Assembly (NCBI RefSeq): GCF_000014265.1
Contig: NC_008312.1
Span: 7,710,001-7,742,000 of the forward strand
Direction of reading: 5' to 3'
DNA length: 32,000 nucleotides
DNA from: Trichodesmium erythraeum IMS101
GTDB lineage: Bacteria; Cyanobacteriota; Cyanobacteriia; Cyanobacteriales; Microcoleaceae
Part shown: positions 30,071-32,000 of the stretch, piece after piece
Layout: the number at the start of each line of letters is the position of its first letter
How positions within the stretch are numbered: the stretch's first letter is position 1
The notes under the pieces: model-generated
What the model saw: the letters and a program-made list of their open reading frames with translations, nothing else
Told to the model about the DNA's origin: nothing
Database searches by the model: none
Program-made: the position numbers and the translations under genes

Positions 30071-30362
30071 ATACCTCTTATAGTATAAATACTTACTAAA
30101 CTGCCGTTTTTATATTACTTTTAATCCACATTTTATGTTTAAAATATAGCATGAGAGAGAGATTATAATTAATTCAGTATTAATATTTTACAATTCTAGT
30201 AGAACGGGAAAAACAAAAAATTAAGTAGAAATCTTGAGGTATGTCAAGAAAAATGTATGAGAGTTTATATGTAAAAATAACTCTGTCAAATAGGGAAGAT
30301 ATAAAAATAAAGAAAAATGTCAGTAAAAATAAAAAATGTGTGACATAAGTTCTAAAACTCCT

Positions 30363-30761
30363 TCAATTTGAATTATCTTGAATTACCCATTTCCATAGAA
30401 GATGAGTTGGTCCTTGATGTTTAATCTGACGTACTTGTTGTTCTAAGCCCTTTTGTTCTTCTGGAGATATACCCCAAAGAATGTTTCTACTTTGCCAAAC
30501 TAAAATAGCAGTTGTAGTACCAAGACACAAACCTAGACCAAGAGAAGATAGCCTATTATAAGCCAGAGCGTAACGTACAGAAACCCAGGTAAAATGCTCT
30601 ACCCATAAATGAATTTCTCTGCGTAAACTCCATATACTTAGAGAACCAATACTGATCCAGAGAAACACAGCTATTAACCATCTACAATAGATTTTTAATC
30701 TGTAAAGTCTCTGTACTTGAACTGGTAAAACTGACTCATCTTTACATATTATTCTAGGCAT
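30363..30761 (-). CDS. Small hypothetical integral membrane protein
   Basis: 132-aa ORF with two clear hydrophobic spans (WLIAVFLWISIGSLSIWSL; LGLGLCLGTTTAILVW). Its GC is higher than the surrounding spacer. I could not assign a family. Confidence 0.55.
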   Translation of the reverse strand: MPRIICKDESVLPVQVQRLYRLKIYCRWLIAVFLWISIGSLSIWSLRREIHLWVEHFTWVSVRYALAYNRLSSLGLGLCLGTTTAILVWQSRNILWGISPEEQKGLEQQVRQIKHQGPTHLLWKWVIQDNSN

Positions 30762-31451
30762 AGATATAAGTGAGAAAAGAAACTGGTTTAACTGCCCATA
30801 TAAAAAATTTAAATAATACTTTACTTTAAAGAATTATCCCTATTGCCAGGAAAAATTTATCCTTTTCTAAAAAATTAGAAAATTATTTGGTAGGTGCAGA
30901 TCTTATCCATTATTTTATCCATTATTATAATGAAGCATTTCATTGGGGGAGATTAAAGATAGAGTAAGTATGGCAACTATATCGCTTTACCCTAATTTTA
31001 TTGCTATGTTTACAGGAGTATCGAATTTTTTCTATGTAAGAATAGAAGCTATATCAAATCCGGTAGTATAGGTATAAAAAAAGTATATTATTCCGGGGAA
31101 AGTATTAAATGCTCTACTATAGCAATTTTATTTAGGTTGTGACAATTTAACAACTAAAAATCTACTCCGAAACTCTTGAGCATTTATTAATTATTGCCCC
31201 AAACCCCTATCTCAAAAAGCGATAATATTTTGGACCCTAATAAAACAGGATTACTATATACTAACATCTACTTCTTATTATAAATCCGGTTTATAATAAT
31301 ACTTCAAAGCAAGCAGATTTGATGTTAGTCTAATTTTTTTACTAAAGGTATAAGAGCTAATTTATAGACTTAATATTCTTTATAGATAGGGGTTTTCACA
31401 TCCTTGTTCCAGGAGCTGTCATGACGTCCTCTTTTAGCCCTAATTTTCTTC

Positions 31452-32000
31452 CTAATATGGGTTTAACCTCATCCATCTACATTCACCATTTTCCTCGCAA
31501 TATGGTTTAATTAAATAAAAATTAGCACCTTGGCGATCGCCTTTATTTGGCCCATCTTTAATAATTTTAACTTTTCCTGTCATCCCTATAAAATCAGTAT
31601 TTAACAAAGCATTATTGATTCCTTCTGGTGTAGGAGTTCCTACGCTTTGATGTTGTTGAGAAATTGCTCGAATGAACATTTCAGTCGCATCATAAGATGT
31701 GCCAATGCGCGTGATTAAATAATCCTCTGTCTTCCAAAAACTCTGAAAATTTTTAAATTTTTGATCTGACTCAGAGGGTTCCCAAAATCTTCTAATTATT
31801 ATGTTATTCAGTACTGACTTGTCGAATTTTGTCAAAAAATCTGGAGTATACACAGGACTATTACCAATCAGTAAAAAATCTCCTTTATTTTCTTCAATAA
31901 TTGCTTTAACTTGACCTCTTTGGGATTCAGTGTATGCACCCATAAATAAAAAAATAACTGTATTTGTCTCATTACGTAAAGGATTATTTTTGTATCTTTT
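31452..32000 (-). CDS. Periplasmic substrate-binding protein, type 1 (LivK/Leu-Ile-Val-binding-like), C-terminal part; continues beyond the window
   Basis: The reading frame stays open from 31943 to the window edge (KRYKNNPLRNETNTVIFLF precedes the first Met). C-terminal pattern: SYDATEMFIRAI....GINNALLNTDFIGMTGKVKI...GDR. HIP1 site at 31533-31540. Confidence 0.6.
   Translation of the reverse strand, partial: KRYKNNPLRNETNTVIFLFMGAYTESQRGQVKAIIEENKGDFLLIGNSPVYTPDFLTKFDKSVLNNIIIRRFWEPSESDQKFKNFQSFWKTEDYLITRIGTSYDATEMFIRAISQQHQSVGTPTPEGINNALLNTDFIGMTGKVKIIKDGPNKGDRQGANFYLIKPYCEENGECRWMRLNPY

Noticed and set aside
1-32000. Search for tRNA, rRNA and CRISPR arrays
   Set aside because: I found no GGTTCGAATCC-type T-arms with matching acceptor stems, no rRNA-like conserved blocks, and no regularly spaced direct repeats of 25-40 bp. 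None are called.

Overview
AT-rich (roughly 30% GC by eye) cyanobacterial chromosome segment. Cyanobacterial origin is supported by five perfect HIP1 palindromes (GCGATCGC), the phycoerythrobilin genes pebA/pebB, a group-1 sigma factor and an Ftn2/ZipN (ARC6-type) division gene. Low GC, low coding density and heavy IS decay resemble Trichodesmium-type genomes; that assignment is inference only. About one third of the window is intact CDS: pebB, pebA, three TerD-domain genes, an HtrA/DegP protease, def, pdhA, ftn2/zipN, sigA, an M23 peptidase, a small membrane protein and a partial periplasmic binding protein. About one fifth is dead mobile DNA: two decayed copies of one IS630-family element in inverted orientation, IS701-like and IS1-like remnants, an IS with about 78-bp terminal inverted repeats, two further IS630-like remnants and a TnpB tail. 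The rest is ORF-free AT-rich spacer, including a 4.8-kb tract upstream of sigA. I found no rRNA, tRNA or CRISPR array, and no convincing multi-gene novel system. The best leads are: (1) a GC-rich, repeat-flanked, non-coding island plus a 63-nt T-free octamer-repeat tract between two tandem terD paralogs; (2) an orphan TerD triad with no other ter genes; (3) a degenerate partial duplicate of pebA and an unusually split pebA-pebB pair; (4) dispersed short repeat families and an over-represented ATTGCTATA motif; (5) the long ORF-free tract next to sigA. All homology calls come from reading motifs in the supplied translations, not from database searches.
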